DNA from: a virus | Lineage: Duplodnaviria; Caudoviricetes | Virus record (IMG/VR): IMGVR_UViG_3300025805_000013 | Coordinates: 1-24,461 of that record | Length of the DNA stretch: 24,461 nucleotides | Reading direction: 5' to 3' (one strand) | In this document: positions 17,824-24,461 of the stretch, one piece after another | How positions within the stretch are numbered: the stretch's first letter is position 1 | Layout of the letters: each line of letters opens with the position of its first letter | The notes under the pieces: model-generated | What the model saw: only the letters and a program-made list of their open reading frames with translations | What the model was told of the DNA's origin: nothing | Database searches by the model: none | Made by a program: the position numbers and the translations under genes

Positions 17824-18309
17824 ATGCAACAAATATTATTCAATCAATATTTAGATCCGATTGAATTAAAAAAGGGTAAATTAAAATGTCCTTGTTGTAA
17901 TAGAAAACTTGCTGCTTATGGTTATATTCTTAATAAAGATTTAATTAAACTTGCAGAAATGATTTATGATCATTGTAAAAAGCATAATAGTAATTACTTT
18001 AAACCTAAAAACATATTCTTAGAAGAATTAAAATCTATTACTTCTTTTCCAAAATTAAAATGTCATAATATTATTGCTAAAGATAAAAAAACAAGTATGT
18101 GGAAATTAACTAAAATTGGAAAACAATTCTTAGAAGGTAAAATTAAACTTCCTCGTAAAGTCTGGGTATTCGCTGATAAACCTATATTATACGATGATAC
18201 TTATAAGTGGATATGGGAAGTAGAAGAAAATTGGAAAAAATGGAGTTCTGATTATATAAATGATTATATAATTCAACCATACAAAACTGAATTAAATTTA
18301 ATAAAATGA
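17824..18309 (+). CDS. Hypothetical protein, 161 aa (CPCC plus possible winged helix)
   Basis: ORF; WKLTKIGKQFL resembles the wing of a wHTH. Confidence 0.7.
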   Translation: MQQILFNQYLDPIELKKGKLKCPCCNRKLAAYGYILNKDLIKLAEMIYDHCKKHNSNYFKPKNIFLEELKSITSFPKLKCHNIIAKDKKTSMWKLTKIGKQFLEGKIKLPRKVWVFADKPILYDDTYKWIWEVEENWKKWSSDYINDYIIQPYKTELNLIK

Positions 18310-18950
18310 AAAAATTTATTTCATATTCAGAATATCTAACTTGGAAAAATTACCGAGAAAGATATTATGATACTTATATCAAGGGAATAAAAAATGAACC
18401 AAATGAAGCAATGATACTTGGCTCTGTAATACACAAAGCCCTAGAAGAACCTAAATATGAATGGATAAGGGAATTAAAAAAAAATAATTTAGGTAATAAA
18501 ATAAAAATAGTAAGAAAACTGTTAGATAAAGCAGAAAGTAAAAAAGTAGGAAAACCAGAATTTACATTAATAGCTAAAAAAGATGATTTAAAAATATTTT
18601 CTATTTTTGATGGATTTGATAAGAAAGAAAGAATTTTAAATGAATGGAAAACATCAGACAATGAAAAATGGTCTCAAAAACAAGTAGATATTCATCTTCA
18701 ACTTTCTTTCTATGCCTGGGTATATTATCTAACTTATCACCAGTTTTTTACAGAAATACGATTACATTTTCTAAATACCAAAAAGGGAACAATCAAAACT
18801 TATAAGACAGTAAGAAGCATAACTGACATTAAAGCAATAGAAAAAGATGTTTTAAAAATAGTACGGGAAATAAAAGATAATGGTTTATGGGAAAAACGTT
18901 TATCAAAAGATGATAAATGTAAACTAAACAATTTAAAATTAAATATATGA
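18306..18950 (+). CDS. PD-(D/E)xK nuclease (RecB/Cas4-like, PDDEXK_1), 214 aa
   Basis: ISYS, GSVIHKALE, FDG, EWKTS and QLSFYA motifs. Confidence 0.8.
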   Translation: MKKFISYSEYLTWKNYRERYYDTYIKGIKNEPNEAMILGSVIHKALEEPKYEWIRELKKNNLGNKIKIVRKLLDKAESKKVGKPEFTLIAKKDDLKIFSIFDGFDKKERILNEWKTSDNEKWSQKQVDIHLQLSFYAWVYYLTYHQFFTEIRLHFLNTKKGTIKTYKTVRSITDIKAIEKDVLKIVREIKDNGLWEKRLSKDDKCKLNNLKLNI

Positions 18951-19093
18951 AAGAGAAAACAATAATTAAAATAAATATTTGTCCGGAATGTAATGAAGTT
19001 GGGTTAGAAACTGAAATTATAATAGATGATAAAGAAAATTCTTTTGAAACAGGTAAACAAAAATGTAAATACTGTAACTATTCAATTAATTAA
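18947..19093 (+). CDS. Small Zn-ribbon protein, 48 aa; not in the ORF track
   Basis: Read by hand: CPEC...CKYC; ATGA overlap with the nuclease stop. Confidence 0.7.
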   Translation: MKEKTIIKINICPECNEVGLETEIIIDDKENSFETGKQKCKYCNYSIN

Positions 19094-19142
19094 TAAACCT
19101 AATTAAAAAAGATAAATAATACATTATTTTGATCATAAAAAG

Positions 19143-19189
19143 TTATCCACAGTTACGCTATATACAAAATTTACTATATGACGTATAAT
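19143..19189 (+). promoter_or_regulatory. Rightward promoter 3 with a consensus DnaA box
   Basis: TTATCCACA (19143-19151), N9, TATACA, N17, TATAAT (19184-19189). Confidence 0.7.
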
Positions 19190-19266
19190 AAATGATGTAA
19201 GGTCAAGTTGTTAATAAGTATTAAAAAAGTATTATAAATAATTTAATAAACCTAACCAAAAAAACT

Positions 19267-19377
19267 ATGACTAAAGAGGAACATAAAGCAGGTAATCCAA
19301 ATGCTTATGGAATGAGGTGGTGGAATTTGAATAACAAAAATAAATACACAGAAAAAGAGATTGAAAACGCTAATTAA
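19267..19377 (+). CDS. 26-aa-repeat family ORF A, 1 repeat, 36 aa; not in the ORF track
   Basis: MTKEEHKAGNPNAYGMRWWNLNNKNKYTEKEIENAN*; conserved leader at 19243. Confidence 0.75.
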   Translation: MTKEEHKAGNPNAYGMRWWNLNNKNKYTEKEIENAN

Positions 19378-19424
19378 AATAATTAATGATAACAAATAAA
19401 TTAATAAACCTAACCAATAAAACT

Positions 19425-19628
19425 ATGTCACATTTAGGAAATGATAATTATTTAGAAAACATGAGAGAATCAATGGAAGAATATAATCTTATGTTAGAAC
19501 AATTAACAAATTCATTAGATAAGGTATTAAGCGTTACTATAGAAAATTCCAAAAACTTAGTAGAAGCAGGTGAAGAATTAAAAACATTTGTTGATGAATT
19601 TAATGAATATTATGAAGAGCATAAATAA
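19425..19628 (+). CDS. Hypothetical acidic coiled-coil protein, 67 aa
   Basis: Start reassigned to the ATG that ends the conserved leader TTAATAAACCTAACCAATAAAACTATG. Confidence 0.7.
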   Translation: MSHLGNDNYLENMRESMEEYNLMLEQLTNSLDKVLSVTIENSKNLVEAGEELKTFVDEFNEYYEEHK

Positions 19629-19629
19629 T

Positions 19630-19836
19630 ATGAAAGCAACATCAAAACAACAATGGAAAACAACATTAGATCTTAAAGAAAAAGGGATCTATGATCACAA
19701 CTTAAATTCTTGGCTTTGGAAACTTAGTCAACAAGACGATAGTAAAAAAACATTTTCTGATTTAATAGAAATAATAGAAAACTCTACTAAAGAAGAAATA
19801 ATGTTTTATCTTAAATCATTAGGATATAATAATTAA
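19630..19836 (+). CDS. Hypothetical protein, 68 aa
   Basis: Start reassigned to ATG 19630 (MKATSKQ), 1 nt after the previous stop. Confidence 0.65.
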   Translation: MKATSKQQWKTTLDLKEKGIYDHNLNSWLWKLSQQDDSKKTFSDLIEIIENSTKEEIMFYLKSLGYNN

Positions 19837-19846
19837 CAATAAACTT

Positions 19847-20407
19847 ATGACATTTTTACCAAAGGAATATGAAATTCCTAAAACAGCTTCAAATTATATG
19901 AAGTTCGCTGATGGACTAAACCAAATTCGTGTCTTAGACTCAGCTATCACTGGATATGAATATTGGAATAAAGACAATAAACCAATTAGATCTAAAATAA
20001 ATTGGCAAGTACCACCTAAAAACGCAAGACTTAATAAAGATAATTCATTTACTTGTAAACATTTTTGGGCTTTTCCAGTATGGAACTATAATGCTAAAAA
20101 AGTACAAATTTTAGAAATAACTCAAATTACAATAATGAAAGCTATGAAAGCATTAATAAGTAATCCAAAATGGGGTGATCCTAAAAAATATGATATTGCT
20201 ATTATTAAAGAAGGTGAGAAACTAGAAACCATTTATACAATACAAGCTGAACCGCCTATAGCTGAACCAACTACTGAAATAACAGAAGCCTATAACAAAG
20301 TTAATATTAACTTAGATAATTTATTTGATAATTCTGATCCATTTGATAAATCAAAATCATTAGAAGAATCTACAGAAGAATTTAATGTTGAAGATATTGA
20401 ATTTTAA
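19847..20407 (+). CDS. Putative ssDNA-binding protein (gp32-like OB fold), 186 aa
   Basis: Aromatic-rich core (YMKF.DG.N.IRVL, HFWAFPVWNY, WGDP..YDI) and an acidic tail ending EDIEF. Confidence 0.6.
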   Translation: MTFLPKEYEIPKTASNYMKFADGLNQIRVLDSAITGYEYWNKDNKPIRSKINWQVPPKNARLNKDNSFTCKHFWAFPVWNYNAKKVQILEITQITIMKAMKALISNPKWGDPKKYDIAIIKEGEKLETIYTIQAEPPIAEPTTEITEAYNKVNINLDNLFDNSDPFDKSKSLEESTEEFNVEDIEF

Positions 20408-20422
20408 ATAAAGATAAAAATC

Positions 20423-20785
20423 ATGAAAAACCAACTATTACAAATTCCAGCTGTAATATCCAAAATTCAATCAATGGCTAATAAAGTCTTAAGACTTCAA
20501 ATTGATACACAAGAAAATTTAACTTCAGAACAAATGGTCAAGATAATAGATAACTTTGATAAATTTGGTTACTTCTGTTTCTTAATAGAAAAAAGAATTG
20601 AGCCGAAAGAAATAGAAATTCCTGATATTAAACCAGAATTCAAAAATGATAAATCACCAAGTCAAAGACTTAGAAATGTATTATGGATATTGTGGGAACA
20701 AAATGGTAAAAAAGGAGAATTTGATATTTATTATAAATCTCAAATTGAAAAAATAATTGAAACAATTAAAAATAAATTAAATTAA
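20423..20785 (+). CDS. Phage hypothetical protein, 120 aa
   Basis: ORF; KSPSQRLRNVL-type segment often seen beside phage recombination genes. Confidence 0.7.
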   Translation: MKNQLLQIPAVISKIQSMANKVLRLQIDTQENLTSEQMVKIIDNFDKFGYFCFLIEKRIEPKEIEIPDIKPEFKNDKSPSQRLRNVLWILWEQNGKKGEFDIYYKSQIEKIIETIKNKLN

Positions 20786-20860
20786 ACTATATGCTTAAAA
20801 CAGAAAAATCAAAAGTAACAAAATTTTTACAAAGATATTCACTAATAATTAAAAACTATA

Positions 20861-21067
20861 ATGAAAAAAAATATGACATTAAAAGAATTAATGAAAAAAT
20901 TAAATCTTAATAAAACCGAATTAGCCGTTGAACTTGGTTTAACAGAACAAGCTATAATAACTTGGTTAAATGGCAGAAGAACACCAAATATTGGTAATTT
21001 AAGAGATTTATATGATTTATGTCAAAAAAATAATATTGATGTGGATTTGATCAAAATGTTTAAATAA
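20861..21067 (+). CDS. XRE/Cro-like HTH regulator, 68 aa
   Basis: LNKTELAVELGLTEQAIITWLNGRRTP. Confidence 0.85.
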   Translation: MKKNMTLKELMKKLNLNKTELAVELGLTEQAIITWLNGRRTPNIGNLRDLYDLCQKNNIDVDLIKMFK

Positions 21068-21097
21068 TAATAAAAATAAAAAACTAATTAAAAATCT

Positions 21098-21586
21098 ATG
21101 CAAAAAATCAAAACAAAATTTAATCAATTTATCTCTTACTGGAAAAAAAATGGAGTTACAATCTGGTTACTCTTAGTCATAAATTTGACTATTTGGAATA
21201 TTGCAATTTACGCTTATTTCAATGTTTATGAGCAATTTGGTATGATTACTCATATTCAAGCAGAAAACGTCGCTACGGAGCAAATTTTAAGCCAAAGAAC
21301 GCCAGAAATTGAAGATATTGTCTTAAATATGGTAGAAGACGCTAAACTTAATAAATATGAGGTTTGGTCAATTATTAATTGCGAAAGCCATTGGCAAGCT
21401 GACGCTATTAGTATAAATACTAACGGAACTTATGATGTCGGATTATGGCAAATCAATTCCGTTCATAAAGATATAAATAATACTGATAAAATGAATTATG
21501 TAAAAGCTACTAACTGGGCTATTAATAAAAGATTAAACGATGGTTCGTGGAACGCTTGGACTTGCGCTGATAAAATAAACTTATAA
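21098..21586 (+). CDS. Lytic transglycosylase (SLT/lysozyme-like) with N-terminal TM helix, 162 aa
   Basis: IINCES catalytic Glu motif, DVGLWQIN, WNAW; hydrophobic helix near the N-terminus. Confidence 0.85.
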   Translation: MQKIKTKFNQFISYWKKNGVTIWLLLVINLTIWNIAIYAYFNVYEQFGMITHIQAENVATEQILSQRTPEIEDIVLNMVEDAKLNKYEVWSIINCESHWQADAISINTNGTYDVGLWQINSVHKDINNTDKMNYVKATNWAINKRLNDGSWNAWTCADKINL

Positions 21587-21614
21587 CAAATTAATAAACC
21601 TAACCAATAAAACT

Positions 21615-22124
21615 ATGACTAAAGCAGAACATAAGGCAGGTAAGCCAAATGCTTATGAAATGAGAAGTTGGAATTTGTATAATGAAGACAAATACACTAA
21701 AGAAGAACATAAAGCAGGTAAACCAAGTGCTTATGAAATGAGGTATTGGAATTGGGATAATAAAGATAAATACACTAAAGAAGAATATAAGGCAAGTAAG
21801 CCAAGTGCTGATGAAATGAAATATTGGAATTTGTATAATGAAGACAAATATACTAAAGAAGAATATAAGGCAGGTAATCCAAATGCTGATGAAATGAGAA
21901 GTTGGAATTGGGATAATAAAGATAAATACACTAAAGAAGAATATAAGGCAAGTAAGCCAAATGCTGATGAAATGAGAAGTTGGAATAAAGATAATGAAGA
22001 CAAATATACTAAAGAAGAACATAAGGCAAGTGATCCAAATGCTGATGAAATGAGGTATTGGAATTGGGATAATAAAGACAAATACACTAAAGAAGAGATT
22101 GAGAACGCTAATAAAAATATGTAA
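21615..22124 (+). CDS. 26-aa-repeat family ORF B, 6 tandem repeats, 169 aa
   Basis: M + 6x26 + TKEEIENANKNM; synonymous differences between units; conserved leader at 21591. Confidence 0.85.
   Translation: MTKAEHKAGKPNAYEMRSWNLYNEDKYTKEEHKAGKPSAYEMRYWNWDNKDKYTKEEYKASKPSADEMKYWNLYNEDKYTKEEYKAGNPNADEMRSWNWDNKDKYTKEEYKASKPNADEMRSWNKDNEDKYTKEEHKASDPNADEMRYWNWDNKDKYTKEEIENANKNM
21618..22085 (+). repeat. 78-bp tandem repeat x6
   Basis: Unit like actaaagaagaacataaggcaggtaagccaaatgcttatgaaatgagaagttggaatttgtataatgaagacaaatac. Confidence 0.95.
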
Positions 22125-22161
22125 AATAGGGTAAAAACTAATCAACTAATCAATAAATAAT

Positions 22162-22512
22162 ATGAAGGGGAAAAAAACCAATAATGAAGAACTAATAGAA
22201 ATAGATGGTAAGAAGTGGTGTAAATCTACAATCAAAGAAGTATTAAAAGCCCACACTGATCAATTAACCAATAAATCTTATAATAGGAAATTAAATATCG
22301 GTAATGAAACCGTGACAAAATGTCACGCCTTGAAAATGGTCAAAGCTTGGGCGGTATTAGATGTTAGTGGAAGAATAAAACATCCAAGCGTATCAATTTT
22401 TGATACCTATAAGGAAGCCAAAGGGGAAGCTGATGCTCTAAATAGATTGCCCGCTCCAACAAATGTAAAAGACCCTACAAATTATGTTGTTAAATGTGAG
22501 ATATATTATTAA
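22162..22512 (+). CDS. Hypothetical protein, 116 aa (possibly a fusion of two cassettes)
   Basis: ORF with degenerate leader CTAATCAATAAATAATATG. Confidence 0.65.
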   Translation: MKGKKTNNEELIEIDGKKWCKSTIKEVLKAHTDQLTNKSYNRKLNIGNETVTKCHALKMVKAWAVLDVSGRIKHPSVSIFDTYKEAKGEADALNRLPAPTNVKDPTNYVVKCEIYY

Positions 22513-22572
22513 ATAAGGGGAATAAAAAAATATTTAGAATTTAATATTTTAAAAACCTTAATCAATAAAACT

Positions 22573-22683
22573 ATGACTAAAGAAGAACATAAAGCGAGTA
22601 AACCAAGTACTTATGAAATGAGAAGTTGGAATTGGGACAATAAAGACAAATATACAGAAGAAGAGATTAAAAACGCTAATTAA
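22573..22683 (+). CDS. 26-aa-repeat family ORF C, 1 repeat, 36 aa; not in the ORF track
   Basis: MTKEEHKASKPSTYEMRSWNWDNKDKYTEEEIKNAN*. Confidence 0.75.
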   Translation: MTKEEHKASKPSTYEMRSWNWDNKDKYTEEEIKNAN

Positions 22684-22694
22684 ATATAAAAATT

Positions 22695-22871
22695 ATGATT
22701 TATTCAACTGTTAATATAAGACACCCAGTAACTGGTAAAAGAGTAAAAGCAAATTTTATTAAAGATTATTTTGGCAAACATCTATATGGAGTCGTAATTG
22801 TAGGAAGTAAAGATACTGATCCAGTTTATCACAAGGAAGAAATAGAATACTTGCCAGATGATGAAATATAA
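22695..22871 (+). CDS. Hypothetical protein, 58 aa; not in the ORF track
   Basis: Read by hand: MIYSTVNIRHPVTGKRVKANFIKDYFGKHLYGVVIVGSKDTDPVYHKEEIEYLPDDEI*. Confidence 0.65.
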   Translation: MIYSTVNIRHPVTGKRVKANFIKDYFGKHLYGVVIVGSKDTDPVYHKEEIEYLPDDEI

Positions 22872-22924
22872 CTAATAAATAATATTTAGAATTTAATAAA
22901 TTAATAAACCTAACCAAAAAAACT

Positions 22925-23299
22925 ATGACCAAAGAAGAACAAGAAAATACAATGAAATGTTGTAATAAATGTCATACCTTCTATACAACTGATGATTATC
23001 CAGCCCACGAAGCTTTAGACGCCTGTAATAATCGTAGTTGTATATGTCATCAACCTTGCGATAATGAATGTCATTTTCAAAAATCCTATGGATTTGTGCC
23101 AGAGGCAGGTTGTGAAGTCCACGACATCCCCAATAAAGAACCAGAGGGTAAAGTGATAGAGGTGGTGGTTGAGAAAAAATCTGATTTATTTCCAGTGATT
23201 AAACGTACTATTGGGAAATTGAAACAAAATGATGAGCTCGGATTTGAGTGGAATGGCAAACATTTTATCATAAAGAAAGGCGAATTCAAAAGCAATTAA
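22925..23299 (+). CDS. Cys/His-rich hypothetical protein, 124 aa
   Basis: ORF with the conserved leader; starts MTKEEQ like the repeat family. Confidence 0.7.
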   Translation: MTKEEQENTMKCCNKCHTFYTTDDYPAHEALDACNNRSCICHQPCDNECHFQKSYGFVPEAGCEVHDIPNKEPEGKVIEVVVEKKSDLFPVIKRTIGKLKQNDELGFEWNGKHFIIKKGEFKSN

Positions 23300-23310
23300 C
23301 AAACAATACT

Positions 23311-23949
23311 ATGACTAACGAACAAAAAATAGAAGAGAAAGAAAATAGTGAAACAAAATGTAATCACTTTATGGTATGGAATACACAGGAAGGATATTTT
23401 TATTACCGATGTAGTAAATGTAATTTTATTGACGGAGAGAAAACTTTTCAAGAAGCCTCCTCTCAACATGAGAAAGAATTAATAAATCAGATAGAAGAAA
23501 AAATAAACCGAGTAACGGGACACAACCGTGATTACAAGGAGAGCGCAGTGTGGCACGAAGATTGTATGACTTGTAATATTTTAAAAACCTTAATCAATAA
23601 AACTATGACTAAAGAAGAACATAAGGCAAGTGATCCAAATGCTGATGAAATGAGAAGTTGGAATAAAGATAATGAAGACAAATATACTAAAGAAGAACAT
23701 AAGACAGGTAAGCCAAGTGCTGATGAAATGAGAAGTTGGAATTATCACAATAAAGACAAATATACTAAAGCAGAGCATAAGGCAGGTAAACCAAATGCTT
23801 ATGAAATGAAATATTGGAATTTGTATAATGAAGACAAATATACTAAAGAAGAACATACAGCAGGTAAACCAAGTGCTTATGGAATGAGATGGTGGAATAA
23901 TAACAATGAGGATAAATATACAGAAAAAGAGATTAATGATAACAAATAA
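23311..23949 (+). CDS. Cys/His-containing hypothetical domain fused in frame to repeat family ORF D (4 repeats; own start at 23605, 114 aa)
   Basis: Probable start AATACTATG at 23311; no stop before the leader at about 23582-23607; M + 4x26 + TEKEINDNK. Confidence 0.7.
   Translation: MTNEQKIEEKENSETKCNHFMVWNTQEGYFYYRCSKCNFIDGEKTFQEASSQHEKELINQIEEKINRVTGHNRDYKESAVWHEDCMTCNILKTLINKTMTKEEHKASDPNADEMRSWNKDNEDKYTKEEHKTGKPSADEMRSWNYHNKDKYTKAEHKAGKPNAYEMKYWNLYNEDKYTKEEHTAGKPSAYGMRWWNNNNEDKYTEKEINDNK
23608..23919 (+). repeat. 78-bp tandem repeat x4
   Basis: Same unit as 21618-22085. Confidence 0.95.
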
Positions 23950-24055
23950 TTAAGGAAAACAAATAATTTAATAAATCTAAAAAAAACAATGATTAATATA
24001 TAAATGGGAACGAATTTGAGAAAGTTTTATGAAAAAAAGAATAAGAAATAATACT

Positions 24056-24313
24056 ATGACTAACAAACAAAAGACATTAGAAGAAATACTAAACGACGTA
24101 GTTTCAGGTCTTTATCTATCAAAAAGACAGGTGTTGGCGAAATTTATCCTCCAACGTGAGAAGGAGATGAAACGAGAAGCGTGGATAGATGGATTTATGG
24201 CTACAGGTGAAGGATATAACGGTGAATATTGCGACGATAAATATCGCAATCAACACGATAACGATAGTGTAACCAGAGAAGATGTCGCCGAAATATATGA
24301 CGAGGAATTATAA
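24056..24313 (+). CDS. Hypothetical protein, 85 aa
   Basis: Start reassigned to AATACTATGACTAAC, the same start context as 23311. Confidence 0.65.
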   Translation: MTNKQKTLEEILNDVVSGLYLSKRQVLAKFILQREKEMKREAWIDGFMATGEGYNGEYCDDKYRNQHDNDSVTREDVAEIYDEEL

Positions 24314-24332
24314 ACCCTAATCACTAAAAACT

Positions 24333-24461
24333 ATGACTAAAGCAGAGCATAAGGCAACTGATCCAAATGCTTATGAAATGAAATATTGGAATTTGGATAA
24401 TAAAGACAAATATACTAAAGAAGAACATAAGGCAAGTGATCCAAATGCTGATGAAATGAGA
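24333..24461 (+). CDS. 26-aa-repeat family ORF E, at least 1.6 repeats, truncated by the window edge
   Basis: MTKAEHKATDPNAYEMKYWNLDNKDKYTKEEHKASDPNADEMR...; leader TAAACCCTAATCACTAAAAACTATG. Confidence 0.8.
   Translation, partial: MTKAEHKATDPNAYEMKYWNLDNKDKYTKEEHKASDPNADEMR

Noticed and set aside
18306-18950. Nuclease as a true Cas4 of a CRISPR adaptation module
   Set aside because: Lacks the four Fe-S cysteines of Cas4 and has no cas1/cas2 nearby; an ordinary phage PD-(D/E)xK nuclease is more likely.
21615-22683. WNW-containing repeats as multi-core RiPP precursors (darobactin-like)
   Set aside because: No radical SAM enzyme, protease or transporter in the window, and only some units have WNW. 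Not excluded if such genes lie beyond the right edge.
18374-23295. Minus-strand ORFs 18374-18661 and 23086-23295
   Set aside because: Antisense shadows of plus-strand genes.
21600-23856. Hydrophobic antisense ORFs over the repeat arrays (21600-22145, 21731-22087, 23590-23856)
   Set aside because: Shadow frames: AAA/GAA/AAT-rich repeats give F/I/L-rich antisense frames that stay open by periodicity. The leader, cap and synonymous variation all fit the plus frame.
21618-24461. 78-bp repeats as a CRISPR array
   Set aside because: Units are contiguous with no unique spacers, are too long, and preserve a reading frame; no cas operon is present.
19267-24461. Repeats as DGR template/variable regions
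   Set aside because: No reverse transcriptase in the window, and differences include C/T and T/G changes and recurring block alleles rather than adenine-only mutagenesis.
1-24461. Stop-codon reassignment
   Set aside because: Long genes are intact under code 11, and TAA, TAG and TGA all end genes at sensible, often coupled, positions.

Overview
This is a strongly AT-rich segment of a tailed dsDNA phage, probably podovirus-like. A Patescibacteria/Parcubacteria host is inferred but not shown. Two arms diverge from a control region at about 16075-16638. The leftward (minus-strand) arm carries a stand-alone GroEL-like chaperonin, two small Zn-ribbon genes, small and large terminase, portal, scaffold, a capsid-accessory gene and the major capsid protein. 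The capsid gene is split after codon 14 by a 242-nt ORF-less group I intron (7175-7416). Three signal-peptide-bearing structural-region proteins and tail adaptor/tube-like genes follow. The rightward arm carries a lambda-O-like replication initiator with iterons, an RHH regulator, a PD-(D/E)xK nuclease, an SSB-like protein, an XRE HTH protein, a lytic transglycosylase and many small hypothetical genes. The most unusual element is a family of five dispersed ORFs built from a 78-nt/26-aa repeat (1, 6, 1, 4 and at least 1.6 copies) with combinatorially shuffled variable positions. Each ORF starts from a conserved boundary motif and alternates with unique gene cassettes. All three rightward sigma70-like promoters have a DnaA box 9-10 nt upstream of the -35 element.
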